Source of the DNA: Octopus vulgaris
Lineage: Eukaryota
Assembly (NCBI GenBank): GCA_951406725.2
Contig: OX597817.1
Coordinates: 69,688,001-69,752,000, forward strand
DNA: 64,000 nucleotides
Direction of reading: 5' to 3'
This document shows positions 26,710 to 41,032 of this stretch, one piece after another (the first letter of the stretch is position 1; each line of letters opens with the position of its first letter). The notes under the pieces were generated by a model. The model did no database searches and was not told the origin of the DNA. It saw only the letters and a list, made by a program, of their open reading frames with translations. The position numbers and the translations under genes are program-made.

Positions 26710-27659
26710 ACACACACAGAGTTTAGATTGCACCCGAGAAGAGCAAGACCCCGAAAAGGATTCATTACACAAGCTATGCCACTGTAAGTTGCCAGAAAAA
26801 TTTTGTCAAAAGAATTACTTGATCGGCTAGAGCCACACCCTTTCACTAAATACATTGTCACTCATTCTTTCTACTTATTCTCTGAAGACTGCTCAGGTGC
26901 AAGCTCTCTCTCTCAAATGCATTGCCCTACTGTGACAACATTTCAGATGATAGACACCGAATCGTTTTCTATACTTGAGTGAAGAGAGCAATAATCGCCA
27001 ACGAAACTGGCTGCATATATTTTTGTCTTACAAAGAGAACTACACAAGTTTTCCATCAGCAATGGCTTCTACAAAGAGCAACCCTAACGCAATGTACATA
27101 ACATTCAGGGACACAAATTATAAAATATCTAAGCTGTAAATCTTGAAAGTACAAGATTTTCACAGGAAACAGAATTTTCAGAGCAAACTTCGACTTTCTA
27201 GGCGAATATTATATATATATTATTTTGGAATGTATTTTAAATTCTTTGAAGAAAATCAAAATAGTGTTACGTACGTGACATCGCAAAACAACTATTTTCA
27301 CCCGAAAATATTAATTTCTAATTCCTCTGAACATTTCCAAAGTAGTATAAACACTCCTATGGTGTTTATTTGCGAGACAGAAACAGGTATGATATTTTCA
27401 AGACAAATAATTTCTGTATTTTCTAAATAGTGTAGATCCGGAAAAAACCGTCCCAAAATCGATATCTAGTCGAAAGCAGACTATTTCAGCGCACCTCTAC
27501 AGGTATATAGAGATTTTTTTCTGAGAATTCTACACTTATTTGAAAACCTTATTGAAAACGGCCCCGAAACAACAACAACAACAACGGGGTGAAGGTAAGT
27601 CGTTTACATCGACTTCCGTGTTCAAATGGTAATATTTTATCGAAACCAGAAGTCGACCT

Positions 27660-28978
27660 ATCAGGGATAGAATTACCTAATAGAGAACGGATTAAACAAA
27701 TTGAAAAGGAAGGCTACAAATACCTTGGCATACTAGAGTTCAACGAAATCATGGAGAAGGAAATGAAGGAAGAACTGAGGGTGGAACATTTCCTAAGACT
27801 AAATTGACCGGATGGAATAAAATCAAAGCAGTCAATTCACGGGCGGTAGCATCACTTCAGTATAGAGCTGAAATCATAAACTGGCAAAAGAAAGAACTGA
27901 TGAACATGGATACGAAGACAAGAAAAATACTGACAGTGCAAGGAGCCTTCCACGCTAAGAGTGACACCAATAGGCTGTACTTGTCCAGAAAAAAAGTGAG
28001 AAGTTTGATCAGTTGCCTGGATTGTATCGAAACAGGAAATGCGCTTAGAGGGGTACGTAAAAAATACTGTGGAATCATTGCTGAAACATGTGAAGTAGTC
28101 CGGCATCATTAAAACTGATAACTGTGTAAGGAAAAAAAAACTTAAAGAGGAAATGAACACAAAATATCATGGAAGGAGAAACAAATGTACGGTCAGTTTA
28201 CAAGAGATACAAATGCCAAGACAGATATATAAGATCGGTGGCTATGGATGAGGAGGAGTGACTTGAAGATAAAGGCAGAATCACTTATATGCGAAGCTCA
28301 AGAACAAGCGTTAAGAACAATGCGACGTGCAGAATCGACAATACTGTCGACAGCGACAAACGCAGAATGTGTGGTGAGAGGGGTGAAAAAGTACGGCCTA
28401 TCGTTAGCGAATGTCCGAAATTGGCACAACACGAGTTCAAAAGACGACATGACAATGTGGCAAGAATGATGCATTGGGAGCTCTGCTGAAATCACGGCCT
28501 GTAAAGAGCAAAGACGTGGTATGAGCAATCTTAGGAACGAGTCACCGAGAATGAAGATTGCGATGATTCAGTGCGATCACCTGACCAAACATGGGAAACC
28601 GGACATTGTTGTGGTGAACAAAAAAGAAAAAAAAGCTTACATAAAAATCGACATAGCATGTTCTGGTGACAACAAGATCAAAGAGAAAAAACTGAACAAC
28701 TACAACGATTTGAAGTGGGAAATACAAAGGCTGGGGTCAATGAGGAGAGTAGATGTGATACCAATAGTAATTGGTGTACTTGAATGTATCAGCGCTCAAC
28801 TACCAGCATAGCTCAAAAATATCGGTACAAATGTAAAGGTAGAACACTACAAAAATCAGAATTGCTTAGATCTGCAAGAGCATTTAGCAGGGTTCTTAAA
28901 GCATGACCAGTAAACAAGCATCACCTGTGAACAGCAGACACTTTCCATCATACCCTGCAGAATAAGCTGAGTTTTTCA
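27660..28978 (+). mobile_element. R4/Dong-clade non-LTR retrotransposon, 5'-truncated and degenerate
   Basis: YKYLGILE, NKIKAVN, RLYLSRK, AQEQALRT, decayed CCHC knuckle with RHDNVARMMHWELC, KPDIVVVN..IDIAC restriction-like endonuclease; followed by (AAT)n. Confidence 0.92.
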
Positions 28979-29001
28979 TCAAATAATAATAATAATAATA
29001 A

Positions 29002-29034
<33 letters not shown>

Positions 29035-29386
29035 CGGCAGATGACAACGTGTCTCTAAAAGAAATGGAGAAACTCTCAAAATACAAAGACTTGGAAATAG
29101 AGGTAACTAGAATGTGGAATCTGAAAACAGAAACAATTCCTATCATAGTAAGTGCATTAGGCATGATAAAAAAATATTCAGACAAATACATAACAAAAAC
29201 ACCAGGACTTACAAACACATATAACATACAGAAAATTGCACTACTAGGCACTGCACACATCCTACGCAGAACACTTTCCATACAATAACCATCAGAGCAT
29301 CACAACAAATCACAGCACATACCCAAGGCACACAGAGCTGCGCTCGGTAGTGAAGTGAAAGCACGCTATAAAAATAAAACTACTGA
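29035..29386 (+). mobile_element. R4/Dong 3' end, young, within (TAA)n
   Basis: Open frame KEMEKLSKYKDLEIEVTRMWNLKTETIPIIVSALG..LLGTAHILRRTL plus 3' UTR; (TAA)n on both sides. Confidence 0.92.
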
Positions 29387-29400
29387 ATAATAATAATAAC

Positions 29401-29484
<84 letters not shown>

Positions 29485-29564
29485 AGAAGAAGAAGAAGAA
29501 GAAGAAGAAGAAGAAGAAGAAGAAGAAGAAGAAGAAGAAGAAGAAGAAGAAGAAGAAGAAGAAG

Positions 29565-30152
29565 ATATGTAAACACTACAAAATCAGTACTCCTGCTTAC
29601 TGGTATGAACATCATCCTGAGCCAGTCGTTGAAGAAGGCAGAAATGTCACTATCCTCTGGGATTTTCCAGTCAACACTGATAGAACGATCGACCAGACAT
29701 AGTTATTAAAGACGGGACGGGGTGGAAAATACTCGTAGATTAATAAATGTAAGAGTTTCCACTGATAAAAATATATCTGTAAGGGAATTTAACAAATTAA
29801 GTATATATAAGGACCTTAAAACTGAAATACAAAAGATGTGGCATTTTAAAGCGAGAACTGTTCCTGTTATTGTAGGTTCCCTAGATATGATAAAAAAAGG
29901 GATGTCAGTAACATTTAGATTATATCCCAGGAGAACCATGTCTCAGAGAAATCCAAAAGATTGTGCTGACGTCCTTAGAAAAAACCTATACATTTAAATG
30001 TCTGTGTTTATTACATGAAGATGTTCCGCTACTGCCCCTGCCACTCCCCTCCCCAAACTTTCAGTCATACACTGACATCTAATATACTTCACTCACCTCA
30101 GAACGCTGGGTGTGTCTCGGCAAGTGATTGCCACAAATATGCAGATTAAAAG
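29565..30152 (+). mobile_element. R4/Dong 3' fragment
   Basis: HHPEPVVE..TILWDFPVNTD..RPDIVIKD..KLSIYKDLKTEIQKMW; ends in (TAA)n. Confidence 0.88.
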
Positions 30153-30207
30153 TTAATAATAATAATAATAATAATAATAACAATAATAATAATAATAATA
30201 ATAATAA

Positions 30208-30398
30208 ATGAAAAATCAATATGAGAAGTATAGAAAAAATAGCAAAGTACCAGGACCTAGGCATTGAATTACAGAGACTATAGAAAGTGCGGGTAAAATG
30301 TATCCTAGTAGTTACAGGTGCATTGGGAACTATCCCTAAAAATCTGAACAGCTTAATATAACTAAATATCATGAAGCATTTTGTCCAACGTTCCACCG
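30208..30398 (+). mobile_element. R4/Dong endonuclease remnant
   Basis: KIAKYQDLGIELQRL*KVRVKCILVVTGALGTIPKNL directly after (TAA)n. Confidence 0.8.
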
Positions 30399-31041
30399 TT
30401 TCTTTAATTTGAGTGAAATTTGTTTGCTCTTTCTAGCTAGTTGCGCAACCACGTTGGGGCTCCCTCCTTATTTGGTTGTATTAAATATTTATTCGTGTCA
30501 CAGTGTTTGTATTCTTTTCATTCAAGTAGTTTTTATTGTTTCATTTCATTAATATCTTTCCGTTTGTTTTAAACATTTTTCTTTCTCAAAATGGCCGCTA
30601 TTTTGTTTTCTTACTTGTCGCATAGGTTTTATAAACGATTATCAAACACATTTCCACTGTTTTGATCTGTCACTCAAGAATAACACGCCCGCACATATAC
30701 ACACATGTACACATATACATAAATACAAAAACTCAGACAGATGCATACACACACACAAAAAAACACATACATGCATTCATATATACACATGTACACAAAT
30801 ATATACAAGCAAGCATATGCACATGCATATATATATAAACGCATACATACACACTTGCATACATATACGTTTGCCGCTTGTTCTTAGCATATATTTTGCA
30901 CATGACTAGAATGGGATTTAATATTCTAATTGTAAGGATTATCTGCGTTAATCAGCATGCTTCAACTCACTATATAATGTATGTGAGATTCTGCTGTGTC
31001 ACAGTATGTGCATGCATGCGTGTACACAAGTGCGTCACACA

Positions 31042-31130
<89 letters not shown>

Positions 31131-31258
31131 CTTTCTCTCGCTCTCACTTTCTCTCAGATAAACATATTTGTATATATATATATATATATATATACTAATA
31201 CATTTGTTTGTTTCCTACACCACATGCCTTCGTCTTTTGTTTTTTTCGTGAATTCTCC

Positions 31259-31299
<41 letters not shown>

Positions 31300-31301
<2 letters not shown>

Positions 31302-31697
31302 CGCAGGAGTGGCTGTGTGATAAGTAGCTTGCTAACCAACCACATGGTTCCGGGTTCATTCCCACTGCGTGGCACCTTGGGCAAGTGTCTTCTACTATAG
31401 CCTCGGGCCGACCAAAGCCTTGTGAGTGGATTTAGTAGACAGAAACCGGAAGAAGCCCGTCGTATATATGTATATATATGTATGTGTATATATGTTTGTG
31501 TGTCTGTGTTTGTCCCCCCACCATTGCTTGACAACCGATGCTGGTGTGTTTATGTCCTCGTAACTTAGCGGTTCAGCAAAAGAAACTGATAGAATAAGTA
31601 CTAGGCTTAGAAAGAATAAGTCTTGGGGTCGATTTACTCTACTAGAAGGCGGTGCTCCAGCATGGCCGCAGTCAAATGACTGAAACAAGTAAAAGAG
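31300..31697 (+). mobile_element. SINE family A, full-length
   Basis: tRNA-like A/B boxes, CORE-like CCTTGGGCAAGT, internal TA/TG tract, GAAACAAGTAAAAGAG tail; more than 10 copies in the window. Confidence 0.93.
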
Positions 31698-31712
31698 AGA
31701 AAAGAGAGAGAT

Positions 31713-31957
31713 ATCCAAATTGAGGGAATGGAGCCGGTAAAATTCAGGCTACATATGGTTCCTATCTAGCAGATCCTGTGATGCAATATTAACTCAACGT
31801 GGGGTACTCAGCTAGATATTCAATAAGCCTAAGATAATTAATGACAATGTGACCTTCAAATAATTAAGGTATATGAGTAATTATTTGATCAGAGGATCTG
31901 CTAGCTAGGAAACATATGTTGCCTGAATTTCATCTATTCCACTCCTTCAATTTGGAT
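31713..31957. repeat. Inverted pair of pLTR-like hammerhead-bearing fragments
   Basis: Arms about 31713-31777 and 31893-31957 are reverse complements and homologous to 13660-13720. Confidence 0.8.
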
Positions 31958-32146
31958 TTTTATTACCATTCTTAACAACTCAAGCTGTTAATCGTGAGCC
32001 ATAGAAAAACGTTTTTCAGCTCACCGAACTTCGATACGGGTAAAGCCTACAACCTTCGACGCTAGTTTCTGAAGGTTGTTTTTTACACCTACAACGGACT
32101 GCTTGAAGCTTACAAACTACCTACACTTAAATCCTTGGATCTTATA

Positions 32147-32191
<45 letters not shown>

Positions 32192-32292
32192 ACGTATGTA
32201 TGTATGTATGTATGCATGTATGTATGTATGCATGTATGTATGTATGTATGTATGTATGTATGTATGTATGTATGTATGTATGTATGTATGTA

Positions 32293-32684
32293 CTAGCAGT
32301 ATCGCCCGGAGTTGCTCGGGTTTGTAAGGGAAATAACTATAAAGCATTTTTAGAGAGTTATAGCCAAAATATAGCAAAAAATGCATCAAAAATGGAAAAA
32401 AAATTATGGTAAATTTTTTTAAATCGTTGACTCATCGTAGACATTTTTAGAGAGTTACTTCCCTTATATTAAAAAAAATATGCATTAAAATGGAAAAAAA
32501 ATGATGGTAAATTATTTTTAAAATCGTAGACTCATCGTAGACGCGTGCTAATACCCAGAAGGGCTCGATATGAATCACGACTATAAGATACTCGGTTTTG
32601 GTTAAACTGCACCGCAAAATGTGGGAGTAGTTAGGAATCTAAATCGCAGTAGACAGACACACAACCTTACTTTTATATATAAAG

Positions 32685-32685
<1 letters not shown>
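32293..32685 (-). mobile_element. Non-autonomous Helitron, same family as 12572-13599
   Basis: Minus strand A|TC start, hairpin plus CTAG|T end; different interior. Confidence 0.92.
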
Positions 32686-32717
<32 letters not shown>

Positions 32718-33062
32718 TGTATGTATGTATGTATGTATGTATGTATGTATGTATGTACACTCACTCACACGCACGTTTAATATGACATAACATATTACAA
32801 TTATATTAACAGCACACATGAGCCAGTTCCTTGCACTAAACCTTGGAACTAGGGGCCTGAGACGTGTCCAAAAATATATGACACTAGACCCCAGGAAACT
32901 AGGAGAAAACTGTTGTAATGTTCATATAATTGTGATAGAATAGTATTTAGTTCCTCCATTACTGAACGTTCCTTTTTGGCATACGAACTACATTTTCGCA
33001 CCAATTTATATGCGTTTGTGTAGGTGTGCGTGGGCGTACAGCACAATACATACATACATACA

Positions 33063-33111
<49 letters not shown>

Positions 33112-33188
33112 CCTTTATCTTTGACTTGTTCCAGTATGTATGCGTATATACCTGAATATTTAAATATATATATATATACACATGTTTG

Positions 33189-33219
<31 letters not shown>

Positions 33220-33235
33220 ATAAATATATTTATGC

Positions 33236-33271
<36 letters not shown>

Positions 33272-33370
33272 CATACACTCACACGCACACATACACACAC
33301 ACATATATATATATATATTACATTATATATATATATTACATTATACTATAAATATGCATATGTATGTATT

Positions 33371-33418
<48 letters not shown>

Positions 33419-33891
33419 TTTATAATATCTAAATTTTTCTGTGACAAACAAAAACCTAGGAGGAATTTAAATTTTTAAATAAAACAAATATTTCTAACAC
33501 AGAAGAAATATAGTCTTAATTCAATTCCTTTTCGTTTTATCTGCTTTCATATTTGCAAATTATCATTCCAAGCTACACACTAATTTGACTTGTAAATAAT
33601 CTCTCAGTTTCTCATCGATTTTAAACCGCTTTGCTATGTCGTCTGTTGGCAAAATGGCGGTGATATCTGTCTCAAGGACGTTTATTGATGGATCCAGCCA
33701 CTGTCACCATACTTCCACATATACACACAAACACATGAACAATGACACACACACGCACGCACGCACATACACACATGACTGACTACACATGCGCGTGTGT
33801 AAGCATCAACGTAAAGAAAGTAGTTAAGAAGATATGACATTCAAAACTAGCATATTTTTGTCAGAAAGATAAAACAAAAGCATTTTTTTCT

Positions 33892-33925
<34 letters not shown>

Positions 33926-34874
33926 GAGGAGGAGGAGGAGGAGGAGGAGGAGGAGGGGGAGGAGAAGCAGTAATAGCAGTGTACATGATATAGATATTAA
34001 GCTGAAATGTTTGTAGGTGTGCGTTTAATTACATACACATAATCGTTTCTATACACTTTACTACATCTCATGCACATACATACATACATACAGACATACA
34101 TACATGCATACATACATACATACATACATACATGCATACATACATACATACATACATACATGCATATGTCCACATATATGTACATATGTATATATAGACA
34201 CGTATATATAGACACATATGGACTGCGCAAAGATTATAATTTTCGATAAAATTTCATACGCACAGACGTATACAGAGACACAAGCACACACGTGTATAGC
34301 GAAACATTTTATTCCCATTTTACACCTGTAGTATAAACCTTGTCCAGTCTAGATGGTGCCATAATTCAAAGTGATACAACAGCAATAAAACAGCAATTAA
34401 ATAGAATATGTTATTGCTGTAGTTATTTCTTTGAATCTATGGTATCCACCTAGACAGATTATAGAGTTTGAAAACTATAACGTTTCATAAAAGCAAGTTT
34501 TACTTAAATATGTTTCCAATGTCAACTGAGCAATTTATATGTTGTATGACGTTCGTTCATATGACGTAGTCTCCGTTAGCATTTGCTCTACTTTGAATGT
34601 CACATTGGCTAGAGGGGTTAATGTCTTTATCGTGAAAAAAGGAATGAGAAAATAAACGTACATTTTACAGGAAAATACAGAACATGAAATATCGTTATGA
34701 ATATCAGATATTCATAACATGAAATGCAGAATATGAGATATTGGTATTCTATTAGCATAAAATGCCTTATATACGCCACAGGATTCAGGAAACCGGCCTT
34801 AAGTGCATATAGCCTGGGAAGGACATTTTTTTTCATACATACATACATACATACATACATACATACATACATAC

Positions 34875-35038
34875 CTGATGCACAAAATGGACAGAGTTGC
34901 AGGAAAAGTAGTAAAATGTGACAACCGATGCAGACTTTGTGGAGTTAACACCGAAGATATCACACACATCATAAGCAGTTGTCCGAAAATGTCATCACGG
35001 TTTATCTACCGATGAGACACTCTATAATGAAATCCGTC
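34875..35038 (+). mobile_element. R4-clade zinc-knuckle fragment
   Basis: DNRCRLCGVNTEDITHIISSCPKMS (CX2CX8HX4C); starts directly after (TACA)n. Confidence 0.8.
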
Positions 35039-35372
35039 AATTAATACCACTAAACCCCATACATCCCATACACCATTCACATTACAGATGTATATCTATC
35101 CTAATTGCACCAAATCTAGGACTACTTACTTCCCTTACACATAATCTTTTTACTCAGGGATTAGTAGACCTGACACCGTTCAGTAATCGATGTACATACA
35201 AAGCAATGATTAGTAATTTTACGAAACCGGTATGCTTTTGAATCTCTTTAACAATTCACAATAATAACTTTTATTACTTTTATTCCTACCTCAGTTCGTC
35301 TACTTGTATATATCTATCGTTACTTTTCATAAAAGGCCTTTACTTTTTTGATTTCCAATGTGCATTTTCGCT

Positions 35373-35426
<54 letters not shown>

Positions 35427-35491
35427 AATGTATGTATGTATGTATGTATGTATGTATGTATGTATGCAAGTATGCTTATGTATATGTATAT

Positions 35492-35630
35492 ATGAGGGGG
35501 TGCTGGAAAGTTCCTGGCTTTGGGTAAAAGAAAATACAGGAGGATCAGTTAATTATGATCTTACTCAACAGATTCACACACTTATTGCAGCGGTCCTTCA
35601 GCTTTTCTAAACCCTGTAAAAGAACTCGGG
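35492..35630. mobile_element. Mariner-derived MITE, partial
   Basis: TGAGGGGGTGCTGGAAAGTTCCTGGC TIR plus interior matching 9116. Confidence 0.85.
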
Positions 35631-35882
35631 AGCTTGTGTGTGTGTGTGTGTGTCTGTGTGCGCGTGTGTGCGTGCGTGTATGATTAACGAGAGTCGAAAC
35701 AATTGTCGTGATTAATAAACATTCTCGGATCTTCCATTTTCCATCTCATTAATCAAATACCCAACGAACACTATGAAAGTGAACGTGCTTTACCAGGTGT
35801 ATACGATACGATTTATTAGCTAATAAATATTTGAATATATTTATATATTAACAACAATAATAACAACAACAACATCAACAAC

Positions 35883-35928
<46 letters not shown>

Positions 35929-35965
35929 GACAACAAAAGAATGAATGAGGCCTCTATATTATGTG

Positions 35966-36164
<199 letters not shown>

Positions 36165-36517
36165 TTGTGTTTCATCCAGCCCTAGTGGTACATTTCGATA
36201 TTCATTTACATGCCTGTTGAATTATATTTCTTTCATCATGTTAATTCATTGCATGTATATTTGCAATGCATGATCAACTTCATATGGCCTGTGCAGCAAT
36301 AATACATTGTTTAACTGTTTGTTTGGTGTTGTTATATCATTACAAGTAGCTTCTGAAACACATCCCAGCAACATTGGTGCAACACATGCAACACGCCTAC
36401 CAAATCCAATCACAAAGCTTTATTCGGCCTTCGGCCAAGAGCTGTCACACAGTGGGGGCCGAACCTAGAACCATGTGGTTATGCAGCAAACCCTAACCCT
36501 TACCACATAGCCACTCT

Positions 36518-36680
36518 CTATCCGCTCAGTCGAAGTCGACTCTCGGTCACTCGTTGGATCAGTGTCCTCCAGTCAGTTCTATCCTGGGCCGCTTGTTTCA
36601 GATTGGCTATGTCCATTCCGGTATCACTCTTGATGGTGTCAAGCCAGTGGGTTCTTGGTCGGCCTCTTCCTCTCTTGCCA
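36518..36680 (-). mobile_element. RTE (BovB-like) 3' end
   Basis: GKRGRGRPRTHWLDTIKSDTGMDIANLKQAAQDRTDWRTLIQRVTESRLRLSG*. Confidence 0.85.
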
Positions 36681-36806
36681 CATCTGATGTTATTTCAATA
36701 ATGATTTTCATTTGAACAACTATAGTTAAGCACTTCAAAACACAAGAATATGTACATGTATGTGTTCACACACGCACACACACACACACACACAGACACA
36801 CACACA

Positions 36807-36862
<56 letters not shown>

Positions 36863-37206
36863 AACATAATGTCTGTCTTGTGTGAATTGCCCTGAATTTT
36901 TTCTGCGGTTAAAGTAGTATTTTAGAATTCATTCGACCATATGTTATAACATGGAATATTTCGAATGTCTGCGTTTATCCTTTGAACTTTCAACATTCAA
37001 ATGGTTTTCAACGCCAACAATTCGCGAGAGGCTGGAGTTTATACGCAAATCGATACCCTTATTTGGTAATGAAAATTAGATATGTTTCATTTTAAAAATC
37101 CGTTTTCGTGGTACATGCTTTGATTATGTTTATTTCTCATAGACAACTCTATACATTACATGCAGAGATGCATACATATATGCATATATATACTGTACAT
37201 ACACAC

Positions 37207-37277
<71 letters not shown>

Positions 37278-37446
37278 CAGATAGGTAGATAGATATGGAT
37301 ATGTATATGTATACATATAAATAGATATACATAATAATATTAGGTTAATAAAGATATGAGAAATTTTTACTACCAGTGGCCTAGCGTATAGAAAAATTAG
37401 TCAATAGACTAATTTTTCTATATGAATGATATGTAGATACACACAG

Positions 37447-37496
<50 letters not shown>

Positions 37497-37576
37497 TTAT
37501 GCACATGCAGAAATAAATACATATATGCACATAAGCACACACGCATTGTAGGGAAATTTGTGACGATGATTATAGA

Positions 37577-38010
37577 TATCGTTTTCAAATTTTATCACAA
37601 GGCTAGCAATTTCTGTGGAGGGGGTAAGTTGATTTAATTGACCCCAGTGCTCAACTGGTATTTATTTTAGCGATCTTGAAAGGATGAAAGACAAAATAGA
37701 ACTGAGTGGAATTTGAACTCAGAACGTAAAGACGGATAAAATATCACTAAGCATTTTAACCCGGCGTGCCAACGATTCTTATTTCTTTATTGCCCACAAG
37801 GGGCTAAACATAGAGGGGACAAACAAGTACAGACAAATGTATTAAGTCGATTACATCGACCCCAGTGTGTAACTGGTACTTAATTTATCGATCCCGAAAG
37901 GATGAAAGGCAAAGTCGATCTCGGCGGAATCTGAACTTAGAACGTAACGGCAGACGAAATACTGCTAAGCATTTCGCCCGGCGTGCTAACAATTCTCCCA
38001 ACTCGCCGCC
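37577..38010 (-). mobile_element. Two abutting SINE-B copies (young 37780-38010, old 37577-37779)
   Basis: Reverse complement matches 62521-62750. Confidence 0.9.
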
Positions 38011-38189
38011 TTACGTTGATTCTAAATATCAACAAGATGGGGGACAGCAAAAACTTTTGCGTATGCCTCTTCTGCATATTAAGAACAAGTAGCCTGTATG
38101 CATGTGTGTACGTGTGCATGTTTGAGTGTGTCCGAACTGACATATACATGCATAGCTCAAAAACAACACAAAGTTGTTCCATAATATTC

Positions 38190-39700
38190 AACTAGCCAGA
38201 TCAAGAAGTAATCAGAGTGACAACCTATGTACCTTCGTAAGAAAATATCTATAGAAATGCTATAATTCATACGAAAACAAGTTCAGTGAGCATCTTCTAA
38301 GCATTAACACTGGAAGAAGAGAGCAAAACAGACCATCAAACCAAAGAAAACTGGAAGATAGCGTAAAAATGACACTAGACACAACAACAGATAGACACAC
38401 TCCTTGAAAAATAATAAAACACAAAAACAAGTTGTAAATAACTCACGAAATCAAGGCCGAAGTAAAACACAAATGATTCAGACCTAGAAATAATAGAATT
38501 ATCAAAACGAAACCTTATGTAAAATGAAATAAAACTTCCTTGACAAAAAAAATCAAAAATGTCAATGACTGATCCGGGATTATTTTTTCGTTAGCATTCC
38601 AAACCAATTCAAAAAGAAAACTGCAAAAGATTCCTCGATGACTGTTTCATAGTTTGGAACAGAAGTAAGGGACCCCTTACATGAGACATGAAATTGATAA
38701 ATAGCATTTGTGAATCAATCCAACACACTATTGGAAAGAAAGGGAATTTAATTTGGGGGCCACATTTTGGTAATTAAAGAAAAAGAATCTGTTACAACTT
38801 ATCTCTACTGCAAGAATACGGATATACACCAATACTTAGTTTTTAGATCTTGCCACACATTCCATGGTAGAAGAAACATCCTATTTAATATGGCAAGACA
38901 TAGATGTTCAATAGTTACGGGCAAAAATAGGCAAGAAAGTGACGTCTAATGGAACTAATGATGTTCCTTCAGAAACAAAAATACTCGAAAAATTTAGTAA
39001 ATAATGCCATATCCAAGGTATAGATTTCACACTTTGTCTTACGAAGAAATCCGAGAAACCCTCTCAATGATGGTGAAGACAAAAACAAAAAAAAATTTTA
39101 AATCCATTTAAACTCACGCACAATCATTAAATTCCAGTCATTGAACCTAAGAAAAATAATTAAAGAATCACATATAATTAACAGCCGAAGACAACCTCTA
39201 AATCTTAAAAGACTCTTAACAAAGACGAAATTCACATCAGAAGAAATAATACAGATAACGAAATGTGGAGACCTTCGTTGTGGGACGTGTGAATAAAATG
39301 AACAAGGTAAAACCAAAATATGGAATTTAAGGCTAAGGCAAATATGAATTGCAAAACACAAAATCTTATTTTCTGCATTATATGCACAATGTACAATGGG
39401 AACTATATATATATCGACCAAACAGGATCAAAATTAATGCGTCGGGTTAGGGTACACAAGCAACAAATCAAAGATTCATTTCGGAAAAGTTTCACGTAGT
39501 GAACGTTTAGAGATTTGTGCAAATGGGAAATTAAAAAGAAATAACCATTTTTCAAAATAAAGGAAGAAAATGCTGAAACACAAAGGATAAAACAATTATC
39601 CATAAGAATTATAAATCTTAAACCGAACTAGAAAAAGCCGTCAATATAGCAATAAAAAAAGCAACTACCTTCATACAGGTTCCTATATACCACATGGGTT
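38190..39700 (+). mobile_element. Highly decayed Penelope-like element (Neptune type)
   Basis: KRFLDDCFIVW (about 38625), YCKNTDIHQYLVFRSCH..NILFNMAR, KCGDLRCGTC, GIY-YIG-like NYIY..QTG; outer limits approximate. Confidence 0.8.
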
Positions 39701-40215
39701 CGAAAAACTGAAAACAGTAAAGAAAAAAATGTACTTGCATAACACGAAAAATCTCCTTCCATAAGGTTTAAACCATTCTGCTTTTAAAGATTCTTTTACA
39801 TATTTAATAATTTTCTTCAAATACTAACTGTATTAAGACGTTTTTGAATATGTATGCATGCATACACGTGCACGTGCGCGCACGCACACATACACACATA
39901 GATGTATGTGTAGTTGTATGTGTATACATACACACATATATATATATATATATATATACACACATTCATGTATGTATATTTATATGTGTGTGTGTATGTA
40001 TGCGCGTACATATTTACAACTTCCACACACACACATACACGAACAAAACCTTGTACAAAACAAGGATGGTTATAAAGGGAAATTAATAATCTTCTTTCCA
40101 ACAGTGTACTTTAGAATTAATATTTGAACGAAGGTTGTTAACTGCTCGCTAGAAAAATCGTGAGAATTGGGATGCACTTGAACATACACACACACACACA
40201 CATATACATAAATAT

Positions 40216-40845
<630 letters not shown>

Positions 40846-40942
40846 ATATGCATGTATGTATGTATGTATGTATGTATGTATGTATGTATGTATGTATGTA
40901 TGTATGTATGTATGTATGTATGTATGTATGTATGTATGTATG

Positions 40943-41032
<90 letters not shown>

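Noticed and set aside
27486-27503. CTCF-like motif
   Set aside because: Needs an insertion to fit the consensus; no other support
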